A DNA stretch of 64,000 nucleotides from an uncultured Erysipelotrichaceae bacterium (GTDB taxonomy: Bacteria > Bacillota_I > Bacilli_A > RFN20 > CAG-826), in assembly GCA_900316365.1 (NCBI GenBank), contig ONCO01000003.1:26825-90824 (forward strand), read 5' to 3'. This document shows, piece after piece, positions 63,908 through 64,000 of this stretch. Position numbers and translations under genes: made by a program. The first letter of the stretch is position 1, and the number at the start of each line of letters is the position of its first letter. The notes beneath the pieces were generated by a model that was given only the letters and a program-made list of their open reading frames with translations, made no database searches and was not told the origin of the DNA.

Positions 63908-63990
63908 CTGGAAAACGGGACAAAAACAACAATATCAATATTGGAAAACGGGACAAAAAGGCCTATTATTTCATTGGAAAACGGGACAAA
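63908..63990 (+). repeat. three iteron-like direct repeats (T/C)TGGAAAACGGGACAAA with exact 33-bp period, running to the window edge
   Basis: Copies at 63908-63923, 63941-63956 and 63974-63989. Spacers are unrelated. Confidence 0.85.
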
Positions 63991-64000
63991 CGTTTTGGCT

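Noticed and set aside
63908-63990. Possible CRISPR array at the window edge
   Set aside because: The repeat unit is only about 17 nt with spacers of about 16 nt, and only three copies are visible. There is no repeat palindromicity and no cas genes in view. I treat it as iteron-like direct repeats instead.
1-64000. Alternative genetic code (UGA=Trp, as in Mycoplasma) or in-frame recoding events
   Set aside because: Several well-supported genes end at TGA (for example the flavodoxin-fold gene at 9531-9533). All conserved Trp positions inspected are TGG, and no conserved gene is interrupted by an in-frame stop.

Overview
This is a 64-kb chromosomal segment of a Firmicutes-type genome (Bacilli, Erysipelotrichia or Mollicutes-related). 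It reads in the standard code: TGA is a stop and Trp is TGG. Genes are tightly packed, with about 56 protein genes and one tmRNA. I saw no rRNA, tRNA, CRISPR array, transposase or integrase. The backbone is conserved housekeeping synteny: ispE (partial), ppdK, pth-mfd-rqcP-ftsH-dusB, MarR plus a heterodimeric ABC exporter, lysS, pepO, rpsF-ssb-rpsR, csoR-copA, purA-purB, pyrG, a dlt-like A-C-B-D operon, an M18 aminopeptidase, a GH43 lipoprotein, a Zn/Mn-type ABC importer, gdpP-rplI-dnaB-MBL-rlmH and ssrA. Core genes strongly prefer C-ending codons. Several small patches are visibly AT-richer with A/T-ending codons and look accessory: 21.5-22.0 kb, 28.6-30.6 kb, 31.8-33.1 kb and 62.1-62.9 kb. 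Items most worth a second look: (1) a GtrA membrane domain fused to four YegP/DUF1508 repeats and a lysine-rich tail; (2) a cassette behind rpsR, flanked by a duplicated rpsR 15-mer and a duplicated terminator, carrying an RHH-nucleotidyltransferase with no HEPN partner next to an XRE/HipA kinase pair; (3) decayed gene remnants and 33-bp-periodic iteron-like repeats just downstream of tmRNA at the window edge; (4) a dlt-like operon with non-canonical gene order and an oversized MBOAT; (5) a pyrG leader in which a 38-codon uORF with a strong SD runs through an intrinsic terminator; (6) mfd, whose conserved N-terminus has no canonical start codon (probable ATA start). All functional calls rest on motif recognition by eye. 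No database search was run.
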